This document shows positions 29,497-38,457 of a DNA stretch of 64,000 nt, piece by piece. Made by a program: the position numbers and the translations under genes. How positions within the stretch are numbered: position 1 is the first letter of the stretch; the number at the start of each line of letters is the position of its first letter. The stretch covers positions 4,608,001-4,672,000 of the forward strand of contig OY771506.1 in NCBI GenBank assembly GCA_963674705.1, given 5' to 3'. This DNA is from Phycisphaeraceae bacterium. Its GTDB lineage: Bacteria; Planctomycetota; Phycisphaerae; Phycisphaerales; Phycisphaeraceae. The notes beneath the pieces were generated by a model that searched no databases, had not been told where the DNA came from, and saw only the letters and a program-made list of their open reading frames with translations.

Positions 29497-30834
29497 GTGC
29501 AAAGACCGGGCATACAATTCACGCGCATGGTGCTGCTGCTGATCGGCTCGGCAGTATTCATGATCCCGCTGCTATGGATGGTCTCCACCGCGATCAAGCC
29601 GATCGATCAAACGATGACGATGCCGCCGAAGTGGCTGCCGACCAAGGCGGTCACCACGATCGATAACCAATCCGTTGAAGTCGGCGTGGGCAAGATTCCT
29701 GACGATGCCGGAGCGGATACCGAGGTGTCGATCACCGCGGCTTATCAGTACATCGTCGGGCAAAGCCCCGTGCGCATGGTTGAAGAAGCCGGCTCTGATC
29801 AAGTGGTCGTGGAAGTCAACTACCATCTGGAAGCTACGATTGACGGCAAGGACTACCCGATCCGTCGGGTTAAAAACTTTTCTCTTGAGCCCGCAGCAGG
29901 CGAGACCGAAGTGGCGGTGATCAATCCGGACGGCTCGATGCGCCGCCGGCTTGTCAAGGAAGATGCGATACGCAAGATCCCGGACGACTCGGCTGAGGCG
30001 GTGAGTCAATCCTACAGCTTTACCGTACAAGAAGTCTATCCGGCTGATGAGGTAGCCAAGCGATATGTGCCGTGGAACGATCGGCAGAAGTACGCCCATG
30101 TTATGACGGAGAACCGTATAGCAACGCTGGGTAGCCTGGACGAAAGCACAGACATACAGTGGAGCAACTTTTCCGAAGCCGTCCACGAGATGAAACACTT
30201 CTGGGTGTATTTGGGTAATACGTTGGCGTTGTGTCTGTTGACCGTGATCGGAACAGCGATGTCAAGCGCGATCGTGGCGTACGGCTTTTCGCGAATCGAC
30301 TGGCCCGGGCGCGACAAGGTTTTCCTGTTCGTGCTGGGCACGATGATGATCCCACTGCCGGTCGTGATGGTGCCGTTGTACAGCTTATTCCGCGAGTTGG
30401 GATGGATCGGGACGCTGAGGCCGCTTTGGGTGCCGGCGTTTTTCGCCAGTGCGTTTAACGTCTTCCTGTTGCGGCAGTTCTTCAGGACCATCCCCAGCGA
30501 GCTATCCGAGGCGGCGCGGATCGATGGGTGCAGTGAGCTGCGCATCTTTCTGCAGGTGATTGTGCCGCTGGCGAAACCTTCGATTACCGTGGTGGCGTTG
30601 TTCCAGTTTCTTTATACGTGGAACGACTTCCTTGGGCCGTTGATCTATCTGACGGATGAGAAGGACTACACGCTGGCGCTGGCGTTGCAAGCGTTCCAGA
30701 GCCAACAGGGCGGAACACAATGGCACTACCTGATGGCGGCGAGCACACTCGTTGTCGCGCCGATCATCTTCCTGTTCTTCCTGACGCAGCGCACCTTCAT
30801 CGAAGGCGTATCCATGAGTGGATTGAAGGGTTAG
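29497..30834 (+). CDS. Carbohydrate ABC permease (MalG-like) with a large extracytoplasmic insertion
   Basis: PLLWMVSTAIK; long soluble insert; WSNF..AVH; IPSELSEAARIDGC; QRTFIEG. Confidence 0.88.
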   Translation: MQRPGIQFTRMVLLLIGSAVFMIPLLWMVSTAIKPIDQTMTMPPKWLPTKAVTTIDNQSVEVGVGKIPDDAGADTEVSITAAYQYIVGQSPVRMVEEAGSDQVVVEVNYHLEATIDGKDYPIRRVKNFSLEPAAGETEVAVINPDGSMRRRLVKEDAIRKIPDDSAEAVSQSYSFTVQEVYPADEVAKRYVPWNDRQKYAHVMTENRIATLGSLDESTDIQWSNFSEAVHEMKHFWVYLGNTLALCLLTVIGTAMSSAIVAYGFSRIDWPGRDKVFLFVLGTMMIPLPVVMVPLYSLFRELGWIGTLRPLWVPAFFASAFNVFLLRQFFRTIPSELSEAARIDGCSELRIFLQVIVPLAKPSITVVALFQFLYTWNDFLGPLIYLTDEKDYTLALALQAFQSQQGGTQWHYLMAASTLVVAPIIFLFFLTQRTFIEGVSMSGLKG

Positions 30835-30977
30835 AGCCTGTTTATATGTATAGAATCCAACTGAAATGGGTGCCACATCTTGATCGCGCAGCGACAAGGT
30901 GTGCTACTACCCGCACACTTTGCTCCTACGGAGTCAAAGTGTGGCACCCATCACGTGAAGATTGGGTTCAACCTGCA

Positions 30978-32672
30978 CTAACGTCTGTTGAATAACCCAC
31001 AGGAAAATAGACTCAAAGTCCATATCACGGCCGGTTCGGGTATGACTATGCCTGCGACTGGTGGTAGGCTCGCGTTCCAGTTATTCAATATCACATCGAG
31101 ATCGCTCAATCCGACATACCCATCGCCTATGCCGGCCAGGTCGCCTTGACTTATATCGCCGACAGGAACAACCTGGTTCCAATGATTCAAGACCACATCG
31201 ATGTCATCGAGCCCGACAAAACCATCGCCGTTGATATCACCTGCGAGCCAGTCGTAGTCCAGAATCAGCGTGAGTGTGCTTTGCGGGGCTAACACGACGG
31301 AGATCGTATTGCCATTCAAAGCCAAGGCATACTCTGACGCGTCGCCATTGATGAACCGGACCGCTCGATCCAACGTTAACAAAGACATCCCTTCGAACTG
31401 CAACTCGCGCTGTTGTGCCTGATCGGTGGTGTTGGCCATCGCGACGATCAGTTTGTCTTCGCTGGCGACAGCGGCGGCGTTGATCCCGTTACTACGACCC
31501 AATCCTTCAATCGCATGGGCATCGTCAGGCAATTCGGTCAACAGGGCTTCCAAAACATGGTAAGTCGGGCGCTCGGTGCCATCGAGGCGGCGCAAGCCCC
31601 ACGTTGAATTGCTCCAGGTTTTGTCTGCTGCTTCCCAGAGGATGAGTGCGGACGCCCCATTGTTTAGAAGCGTAATCGTGTTATCAAACACACGCACTGC
31701 AAATGCGGATTGATCGGCAGCACCGCCCCCGGAATCGGGGCTGCCGTAGTCGATGCCGCCGTAACTCGATATCGAGGTAGCGTATTCAGTGATGAAGACG
31801 GGCTTATCGCCGCTTGGATCGGCTGTGTTGATCGCGTTATTGAACACCTGGACCTGCCCTTCCAGACCGGCCCAGTCGTCCCACGCATGCGCCGACCAGC
31901 CGGCCAATGAATTGACGGCGTTGGCATCCAGCGCATCAACCCAGTCCGTTACCTCGTGCCAGTTCCATGTCCGCGTTCCACCGATCTCACTCAAGCCCGG
32001 GCCGATGATCCCGACGTTAGAAAAGCCGTGTGCATCGAGTTGAGCACGGGTCTGCTGGACCAGGTTGTTGTATTGGGTCGGCGAGATGTAGCCGTTCCAC
32101 TCGCCGTTGGGTTCGTTCGCCATCTCGATGTAGGCCGGGTAGACATCATGATCCGCCAGGTAATCGATTTGTGCGGCGAGGAAGGTCGCGTAATCGTCGA
32201 CCAAGTTATCGAGCATCTTGGTGTTCTGCGAGTTCAGGAAACTGTTGGCGATCTTGAATTCATTGAGGATGATGTCGATCCCGTTTGCCTGTGCGTGGAT
32301 GTAACTGGATTTGATGGAAGGCAGGTGCCAGGGTTCGCTGCCGTTTGGGCCGTTGAAGTTGGCGGCGATGTAGTTGTACATCGAGGTGTAGTTGTCGCCG
32401 GCTGCGACGTTGCTGTCCGTCGGGGGCTGTGTGCTGAAGTTAAACCAGTTGACGCCGGATTGCATCCGCGAGAAGTCCATCTCCAGGTCCGCCAGGACGG
32501 ATTGGCCGATCGTGTTGCCCGACCAGACCTGTGCGCCGAAGCCCAGAACGGGCTGGGCGGTGTCGTTCACGTTGATGAGGTAATCAGCGGCCCGGACAGG
32601 GATGGCGTCTGGCAGTACGTTCAATAGCAGAACCGCAACACCCGTAAACAAACGCATAAAGACACTTCTCAT
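30978..32672 (-). CDS. GH-A clan (GH30/GH39-like) glycoside hydrolase + dockerin-like + PEP-CTERM
   Basis: GFGAQ; IEMANEP (acid/base); WSAHAW; VFITEY (nucleophile); C-terminal beta-sandwich LAPQSTLTL; GDINGDGFVGLDD; ends IPEPAVIW...NRR. The start is uncertain (the ORF extends to 32795). Confidence 0.75.
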   Translation of the reverse strand: MRSVFMRLFTGVAVLLLNVLPDAIPVRAADYLINVNDTAQPVLGFGAQVWSGNTIGQSVLADLEMDFSRMQSGVNWFNFSTQPPTDSNVAAGDNYTSMYNYIAANFNGPNGSEPWHLPSIKSSYIHAQANGIDIILNEFKIANSFLNSQNTKMLDNLVDDYATFLAAQIDYLADHDVYPAYIEMANEPNGEWNGYISPTQYNNLVQQTRAQLDAHGFSNVGIIGPGLSEIGGTRTWNWHEVTDWVDALDANAVNSLAGWSAHAWDDWAGLEGQVQVFNNAINTADPSGDKPVFITEYATSISSYGGIDYGSPDSGGGAADQSAFAVRVFDNTITLLNNGASALILWEAADKTWSNSTWGLRRLDGTERPTYHVLEALLTELPDDAHAIEGLGRSNGINAAAVASEDKLIVAMANTTDQAQQRELQFEGMSLLTLDRAVRFINGDASEYALALNGNTISVVLAPQSTLTLILDYDWLAGDINGDGFVGLDDIDVVLNHWNQVVPVGDISQGDLAGIGDGYVGLSDLDVILNNWNASLPPVAGIVIPEPAVIWTLSLFSCGLFNRR

Positions 32673-32881
32673 ACAAATCACCAAGGGGATCAGAACTGAT
32701 CCCAGACGCATGTAAGAAAGACCCACAACTGCGACGCCGCACGCTGTTAAGCCACACGGGCGCAAACGACAAAGCATCCAATTGCTTAACAACATAACGC
32801 GCCGTTAGTGCACAATCACCACAGAATATTGCCCCGATAGGGGTCAAATTATTACAAATACCAGGAGTACCGGATCGGATT

Positions 32882-32914
32882 GGTAATATATGGAACCACA
32901 TAGACACTATTTTT
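32882..32914 (+). promoter_or_regulatory. Direct-repeat operator candidate (GGTAATATATGG-N9-GACACTATTTTT)
   Basis: 21-bp period; upstream of 33010. Confidence 0.55.
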
Positions 32915-33009
32915 GGAAGTAAAACGGGCTCCCTCGTCCTAATATCAGTTCACACATAACCCGCGCGTTGTGGGATTGATTGACCATATCTCGAAGGAGG
33001 AGGACGAAA

Positions 33010-33711
33010 ATGTATCGGCTAACTTTAGGCGTATGTGCGGTCGTGCTTTGCAGTGCAATGACGGATGCCGCATCGATGAAGTTCGATCTCGGCGATTCGA
33101 CAACCGCCAGCCCGGGCTACGTCAATGACATCGTTTACAACGGACAGGATGTTGCCAATGCGATTGATACGACCGGCGCGGCTACGGGCGTGAGTCTGAC
33201 CGTCACATCCGATACCGGCTGGAACTCTAACGGCCCCAACCGCAGCGGCCCGTTAACCCCAACGGCGCCTGCCAGCGATTACTTCGATGGCGAAACCACC
33301 CGAGACGCGATGTTCGGCCACACCGTTGAGTTCAACGGCCTGTCACCGCGCCCGCTGGTCGAGTACACCATTGCCGGCCTTGATCCTTCGTTGATCTATG
33401 ACTTCACGTTCTATGCCTCACGCGGCGCGGTCTCGGACAATCGTGAGGCGCAATATGACGTGGTCGGGCTGAATGCCGGTGTAGCGTACCTGGATGCAGG
33501 CAACAACGTCGGTAATGTCGCGCAGGTGTTGGGGATCGCCCCCACCGCCGCCGGCGAAATTGTCATGACCATTCAGCCGGGGCCCAACAACAATAACAGC
33601 AGCGGCTTCTACTACCTCGGTGGACTGGATATCAATCCGGTTCCCGAACCCGCAACGCTGTGCCTGATGGGCCTGGGTGGGGTGTTGATCGCCGTGCGCC
33701 GTGGTGCGTAA
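33010..33711 (+). CDS. PEP-CTERM protein of unknown function
   Basis: Strong RBS ggaggagg; signal peptide; ends VPEPATLCLMGLGGVLIAVRRGA. Confidence 0.82.
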   Translation: MYRLTLGVCAVVLCSAMTDAASMKFDLGDSTTASPGYVNDIVYNGQDVANAIDTTGAATGVSLTVTSDTGWNSNGPNRSGPLTPTAPASDYFDGETTRDAMFGHTVEFNGLSPRPLVEYTIAGLDPSLIYDFTFYASRGAVSDNREAQYDVVGLNAGVAYLDAGNNVGNVAQVLGIAPTAAGEIVMTIQPGPNNNNSSGFYYLGGLDINPVPEPATLCLMGLGGVLIAVRRGA

Positions 33712-33766
33712 GCAATTCACGGTTGCAGGACAACAGCAAAGCCGAACATGATTTTATGACACCTCA

Positions 33767-33794
33767 CGTTGGGGGCGGCAACACGCCCCCAACG
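33767..33794 (+). other. Perfect 11-bp stem-loop downstream of a PEP-CTERM gene
   Basis: cgttgggggcg-gcaaca-cgcccccaacg; no U-tract. Confidence 0.65.
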
Positions 33795-33813
33795 ATTGAT
33801 ATCTCTGGAGATA

Positions 33814-34707
33814 ATGAACGTGTTAAAAATGTGCTTACACCGTAGCACCAAAGTAATACTGGCCGCCGCACTGCTGCTGTTTGTATCAGCCAGTCAAGCC
33901 GATGCGGTCAACATCCTCTTCTATGGAAACAGCTACACCAACGCATACACAAGCTATGCTCCGCGTTCCGTGCCTGACCTGGTACGTGAGATCGCAATAG
34001 CGGCGGGCCAATCAACACCGAACACCGTTAATGCCGCCGTCAATGGCGTAGACTTTGTGTATCACCTGGCGAACAATACCTCCGTCATCAGTTCAGCGTT
34101 AGCGCCGGGCGAACAGTGGGACTACGTGGTGTTGCAGAATTACTCCACCCGCCCCACCTATTCTCATCCCAATGGGAATATACCTCAGCATAGAGCAAAC
34201 TCCGTTGCTTTATATCAGCAAGTTGCCTCGCACAGCCCTGATGTCGTTCCCGTGATGTATGAAACATGGGCACGCGCGCTGGGCGACGGCAACCTGTCGT
34301 ACTTTGCCGGGGGCCAAACCCAGATGCAGCAGGAGCTGCGTGAGGGTTACAACCTGGCCGCTGCCGATATCGATGCGGTGGTGGGCACATCCATCGCTCA
34401 GGTCGCACCGGTCGGCGATGCGTGGGAGAACGCAGGCTACGTTGACCTTTACAACCCGGACCGGACGCATCCCAATCGACGCGGCCGAATGCTTACCGCA
34501 CTGGTCATCTATTCGACCATCTACGATGACGATACACATGACCTGCTGCTTAGCGGAGCATTGGATGCGACGTTGTCGAGCATGAGTCTGACGACTACGG
34601 ATGGTGAGTTCCTGACGTCGATCTCGGATGCGACGGCCATCCCTGAACCTGCTGTATTGCCCATGGTGGGTATGGCGTGCGCGTGGTTGGTTTGTCGGCG
34701 AACCTGA
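33814..34707 (+). CDS. SGNH/DUF4886-like hydrolase with PEP-CTERM
   Basis: ILFYGNSYT (block I); WDYVVLQ; YETWAR; DRTHP (DxxH); ends IPEPAVL...CRRT. Confidence 0.75.
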   Translation: MNVLKMCLHRSTKVILAAALLLFVSASQADAVNILFYGNSYTNAYTSYAPRSVPDLVREIAIAAGQSTPNTVNAAVNGVDFVYHLANNTSVISSALAPGEQWDYVVLQNYSTRPTYSHPNGNIPQHRANSVALYQQVASHSPDVVPVMYETWARALGDGNLSYFAGGQTQMQQELREGYNLAAADIDAVVGTSIAQVAPVGDAWENAGYVDLYNPDRTHPNRRGRMLTALVIYSTIYDDDTHDLLLSGALDATLSSMSLTTTDGEFLTSISDATAIPEPAVLPMVGMACAWLVCRRT

Positions 34708-34739
34708 CTTACGGTGCAGCGCAAGAATACCCAATCATT

Positions 34740-34773
34740 GGCGGGCCTGGTGTGCGGGCCCGTCTTTTTTATT
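34740..34773 (+). terminator. Intrinsic terminator
   Basis: ggcgggcctg-gtgtg-cgggcccgtc followed by tttttt. Confidence 0.75.
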
Positions 34774-34850
34774 TCAAGATCACTATCGCAATCTAAGAAG
34801 CGGCTGACCGCCTCATTTGAGCCCATTTGTCAGCATTCCCAACGCGAGTT

Positions 34851-34883
34851 GACATCAAAATGAACCATATGGGCATAATATTG
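34851..34883 (+). promoter_or_regulatory. Direct-repeat operator candidate (GACATCAAAATG-N9-GGCATAATATTG), overlapping a ttgaca...cataat promoter-like sequence
   Basis: 21-bp period; upstream of the prepilin-like gene at 34971. Confidence 0.5.
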
Positions 34884-34970
34884 GTATTTGATTCTGGTTT
34901 AAATACTCTACGATAGTGTTCGGTATCGCGTCACCGAAGCGCGATGTCCATACACTTGGAGGCCACTGCC

Positions 34971-35861
34971 ATGCCCCGACGGCATAGCGCATTTACGTTG
35001 ATCGAGTTGTTGGTGGTGATATCAATCATCGCGCTGCTGGTCGGGATCCTCTTACCGGCATTGAATGCCGCACGCAAAACCGCGCAGACCGCGGTCTGCC
35101 TGTCGAACCTTCGTCAGACAGGCATCGGTATCCATGGCTACGCAACTGATTATGAAAGCGCAACACCTCCGAGCATTGTGTGGGCCTTCACAACTAACGA
35201 TGGGCGGATGCTGGAGAATGCTGAATGGTCGCTGTTGATCATGTCCTATATCGCAAGTTCGGGGGACGGGACTTATGTCGGTGCGCCAAGCGGTGCCAAC
35301 CAGGCTGACACTTCGTATGCAACACTTGACACGTTCCGCTGCCCGTCTGCCGCGGTTTCGACCGGACGTATCCATTACAGCGGACACCCGCTGACGATGC
35401 CGCTTTATGTCACCAATTCCAGCCGATCACCCGCACCGTTTAAACTCGACCAGGTCCGCCGATCGAGCGATAACATGCTTATCGCCGATGCGAATCAGTT
35501 TGATACCAGAGCGACCGGTAGCGTCGCTTCTTATGAACTGGGGATTGTCTATGCTGCGCTGGACGACTTGGATGGGAAAACCGTCTGGCGGCCGGGGAGT
35601 ACGGTGACGCACTATTACGATTCCATAGAAACTGACAATGATGAGCCTATCGATCCCGGTGCGAATGCGAACGGGATCGGGCGCAACAAGAGCGGTGCGC
35701 TGGCGGGCAAGAAAGACCTGCGCTGGCGTCACGGTAGCGGGGGTAATGTCGAGGGTGGAGACAGCGGCAGTGTCAACGTGCTCTGGACGGATGGGCATTC
35801 CGACTCCAACCCGATGGGCAGCATCCACAAGGACCGCGTCCGACCCGACCCGATGAACTGA
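34971..35861 (+). CDS. Prepilin-type/DUF1559-like protein with an H-X-DG C-terminal motif
   Basis: [31 protein letters not shown]...VNVLWTDGH; ggagg RBS. Confidence 0.85.
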   Translation: MPRRHSAFTLIELLVVISIIALLVGILLPALNAARKTAQTAVCLSNLRQTGIGIHGYATDYESATPPSIVWAFTTNDGRMLENAEWSLLIMSYIASSGDGTYVGAPSGANQADTSYATLDTFRCPSAAVSTGRIHYSGHPLTMPLYVTNSSRSPAPFKLDQVRRSSDNMLIADANQFDTRATGSVASYELGIVYAALDDLDGKTVWRPGSTVTHYYDSIETDNDEPIDPGANANGIGRNKSGALAGKKDLRWRHGSGGNVEGGDSGSVNVLWTDGHSDSNPMGSIHKDRVRPDPMN

Positions 35862-35966
35862 CAAGCCTATCGGGGCCATATCAAGATTGATAAGGCAACT
35901 GAGTGAACCAGCATACTATCCAATGATCGTTGATCATTTGTCGCTGCATAAATTAAAAACATATCA

Positions 35967-36144
35967 GCCACAGATGAACACGGATAAACACAGATAAAAA
36001 CCAATGAAATAGCTCGGATTCATCGGATGCATCGGATGGATGCAAGCCCCTTTCGAAATCTCTTAATCCGATATATCCGATGCATCCGAGCAAAACCCCT
36101 TTCTTATCTGTGTTAATCCGTGTTCATCCGTGTTCATCCGTGGC
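35967..36144. repeat. Nested palindromic tandem-repeat element (outer arms with 10-bp units, inner arms with 9-bp units)
   Basis: gccacagatgaacacggataaacacagataa pairs with ttatctgtgttaatccgtgttcatccgtgttcatccgtggc. Inside, gctcggattcatcggatgcatcggat pairs with atccgatatatccgatgcatccgagc. Confidence 0.88.
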
Positions 36145-36196
36145 AAAATACTGTGCCCAAGCGGGCCATAGCCAATACACTTCGTACGCTCAGACT

Positions 36197-36229
36197 GACA
36201 ATATAGTGCACTAATAAGACACTATATTT
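36197..36229 (+). promoter_or_regulatory. Direct-repeat operator candidate (GACAATATAGTG-N9-GACACTATATTT)
   Basis: 21-bp period; upstream of the prepilin-like gene at 36315. Confidence 0.6.
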
Positions 36230-36314
36230 GGAAGACACGGCGGCGGGCTCCCACTACTATCAGAATCAGTCGGGGAACGTAACTCCGATCGACACTTGGA
36301 GACAGGATAACGCC

Positions 36315-37187
36315 ATGCCAGAACGCAAAAGCGCTTTTACACTGATCGAGTTGCTGGTCGTGATTTCGATCATCGCTCTCCTCGTGGGCATCCTGCTGCC
36401 CGCACTGGGTGCAGCGCGACGGACGGCTCAGGGGATGGTGTGCCTGTCGAATCTCCGGCAGATCGGTGTGGGCATCTCGGGCTACGCTTCGGAAAACGAT
36501 AGCGCTACGCCGCCCAGCCAGACCGCCGGCTACGTTCCGCGCGGCGCTTCGCAACCGATCGAAAACCGCGAATGGACACTGCTCATTCAGTCTTACATGG
36601 TACAAGATAGTGATGGCACCTATTCCGGCGCACAAGCGACCGGCACCGGCGATGAAACCGTCGACAGCTTCCGCTGCCCGGCGTCACCGGTCGATTCCGG
36701 ACGCATGCATTACTCGGCCCATCCCTTGTCGATGCCTTTACTTTTCTATAGCGAGGCGCGCTCCCCATCAATCTTTAAACTCGATTATGCCAAGCGGCTG
36801 ACAAAGACCATGCTCGTCGCCGATGCAAATCAATGGATACCCGATGATGAAAGCAAGACCGAGTATGGCATCACCATGTCTGCATTGACCGACCTGGATG
36901 CGGGGGATGTCTACGACAGCAGCGGTTCGGATAATCATCACTACTACCGTGAAAGTGAAAGTGATAACAACGATCCCATCGAAGTGGGGTTGAACTCATC
37001 AGGCACCGGGCCTCGCAAGTTGCAGGCGATGAGCGGCCGGGCGGATATCCGCTACAGGCATTCGGGTGGCGAGAAGGATGGCAGCACCTCCGGCAGCGCC
37101 AACATCCTCTGGGCGGACGGCCATGCAGATTCCAACTCACTTGGCTCGCTGATCAAATCCGATGTGCGGACCGATCCAATGGACTGA
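36315..37187 (+). CDS. Prepilin-type/DUF1559-like protein, tandem paralog of 34971..35861
   Basis: [15 protein letters not shown]; shared blocks EN.EW.LLI.SY, GR.HYS.HPL.MP, ADANQ, RH...N.LW.DGH, VR.DPM. Confidence 0.85.
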   Translation: MPERKSAFTLIELLVVISIIALLVGILLPALGAARRTAQGMVCLSNLRQIGVGISGYASENDSATPPSQTAGYVPRGASQPIENREWTLLIQSYMVQDSDGTYSGAQATGTGDETVDSFRCPASPVDSGRMHYSAHPLSMPLLFYSEARSPSIFKLDYAKRLTKTMLVADANQWIPDDESKTEYGITMSALTDLDAGDVYDSSGSDNHHYYRESESDNNDPIEVGLNSSGTGPRKLQAMSGRADIRYRHSGGEKDGSTSGSANILWADGHADSNSLGSLIKSDVRTDPMD

Positions 37188-37246
37188 TATCAAGAACGAT
37201 CAAAATAGAGACACCCCTAATCCTTCAGCATTCAAGAGTACGTCCC

Positions 37247-38392
37247 TTGTCAAGTAGTACACCCCCGCAATCCGAAAACACGACGACTGAAACCCGCACC
37301 CTCCGAACCGGCGCAGTTGTCACGCCGCAAACCCAACAGTGGCTCAAGCGGGCCAAGCCGGCGGGTACGGGCTTTCAACTCAAGCGTTTCCATGGCAATC
37401 CGATCCTGTCGCCTAATCCAGCGAATGCCTGGGAAGCCTTGGTTACCACCAATCCGGGTGCGTGGATCGATCCTGAGACGGGTGATGTCTGCATGCTCTA
37501 TCGGGCAGCGGGGCACGATCCGCAGCATCGTGTTGTGCTGGGGATGGCTCGTAGTAAGGACGGATATCACTTCGAGCGTTGCAGCGATCGGCCGGTGTTT
37601 GAACCCAGCGCAGATGGATTCGATGCCGGCTGCGTGGAGGACCCGCGTGTCATTCGTATCGCCGAGCATTACTACATCACATACGCCGCACGCCCGGTAG
37701 CGCCTGGGCAGTATTGGATCATGCCGGCATCCGAACGTCGGTGGCAGTCGGAAACGTTGCCCGCCGATGTGCCCTGGTGCATCCGCGAGAACCATACCGC
37801 AACCGGCCTGGCGATCACGCGCGACTTTAAAACCTTTATCCGTGCAGGCAGGCTGACAAGCGCATCGGTGGATGATCGTGATGTGATCCTCTTCCCCGAG
37901 AAGATCAACAGTAAGTATTACATGATGCACAGGCCCATGCAGTGGGCAGGTGACGGATACGGCACGGAGCATCCGACGATCTGGATTAGTTGTGGGAACG
38001 ATCTGTTAACCATGCGCGATCCTGAAATCCTGGTCAAAGCGAAGTACGACTGGGAAACCAAGATCGGGGGGAACACGCCGCCGATCCGTACGCCCGAGGG
38101 CTGGTTGACGCTGTATCACGCGGTCGGGCCGGATAAGCATTATCGCCTTGGAGCACTGCTGCTGGATCTGGATGATCCGACGGTGGTCCGTCACCGCACG
38201 CCACACTGGATTATGCAGCCGGAGCAGGATTACGAGACGCAGGGTTTCTACAACGGTTGTGTGTTCCCGTGCGGAAAGGTGATCCGCGACGGTAAACTGC
38301 TGGTGTACTACGGTGCGGGCGATGTGCATATCGGGCTGGCTACATGTGATATGGCTGCACTTCTGGACTACATGCGAAACTGCCCAGCCTGA
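37247..38392 (+). CDS. GH130 beta-mannoside phosphorylase/glycosidase
   Basis: NPILSP; NPGA; MLYRA; GCVEDPRV; DDRDVILFPEKI; MHRP; KIGGNTPP; VFPCG; YYGAGD; no signal peptide. The start is uncertain. Confidence 0.88.
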   Translation: MSSSTPPQSENTTTETRTLRTGAVVTPQTQQWLKRAKPAGTGFQLKRFHGNPILSPNPANAWEALVTTNPGAWIDPETGDVCMLYRAAGHDPQHRVVLGMARSKDGYHFERCSDRPVFEPSADGFDAGCVEDPRVIRIAEHYYITYAARPVAPGQYWIMPASERRWQSETLPADVPWCIRENHTATGLAITRDFKTFIRAGRLTSASVDDRDVILFPEKINSKYYMMHRPMQWAGDGYGTEHPTIWISCGNDLLTMRDPEILVKAKYDWETKIGGNTPPIRTPEGWLTLYHAVGPDKHYRLGALLLDLDDPTVVRHRTPHWIMQPEQDYETQGFYNGCVFPCGKVIRDGKLLVYYGAGDVHIGLATCDMAALLDYMRNCPA

Positions 38393-38457
38393 TGAACTTT
38401 CTACGCCGGACTCTACTTGGAATGAGTCGGGGTGATACCATATCCATGAGGTGATTC

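Noticed and set aside
32822..32856. Additional 21-bp operator pair for the GH30-like/PEP gene
   Set aside because: One half-site (GGCAATATTCTG, minus strand) fits, but the partner is off-register by about 2 bp, so it was not counted.
35967..36144. Possible CRISPR array
   Set aside because: The units are 9-10 bp, tandem and inverted, with no unique spacers and no cas genes.
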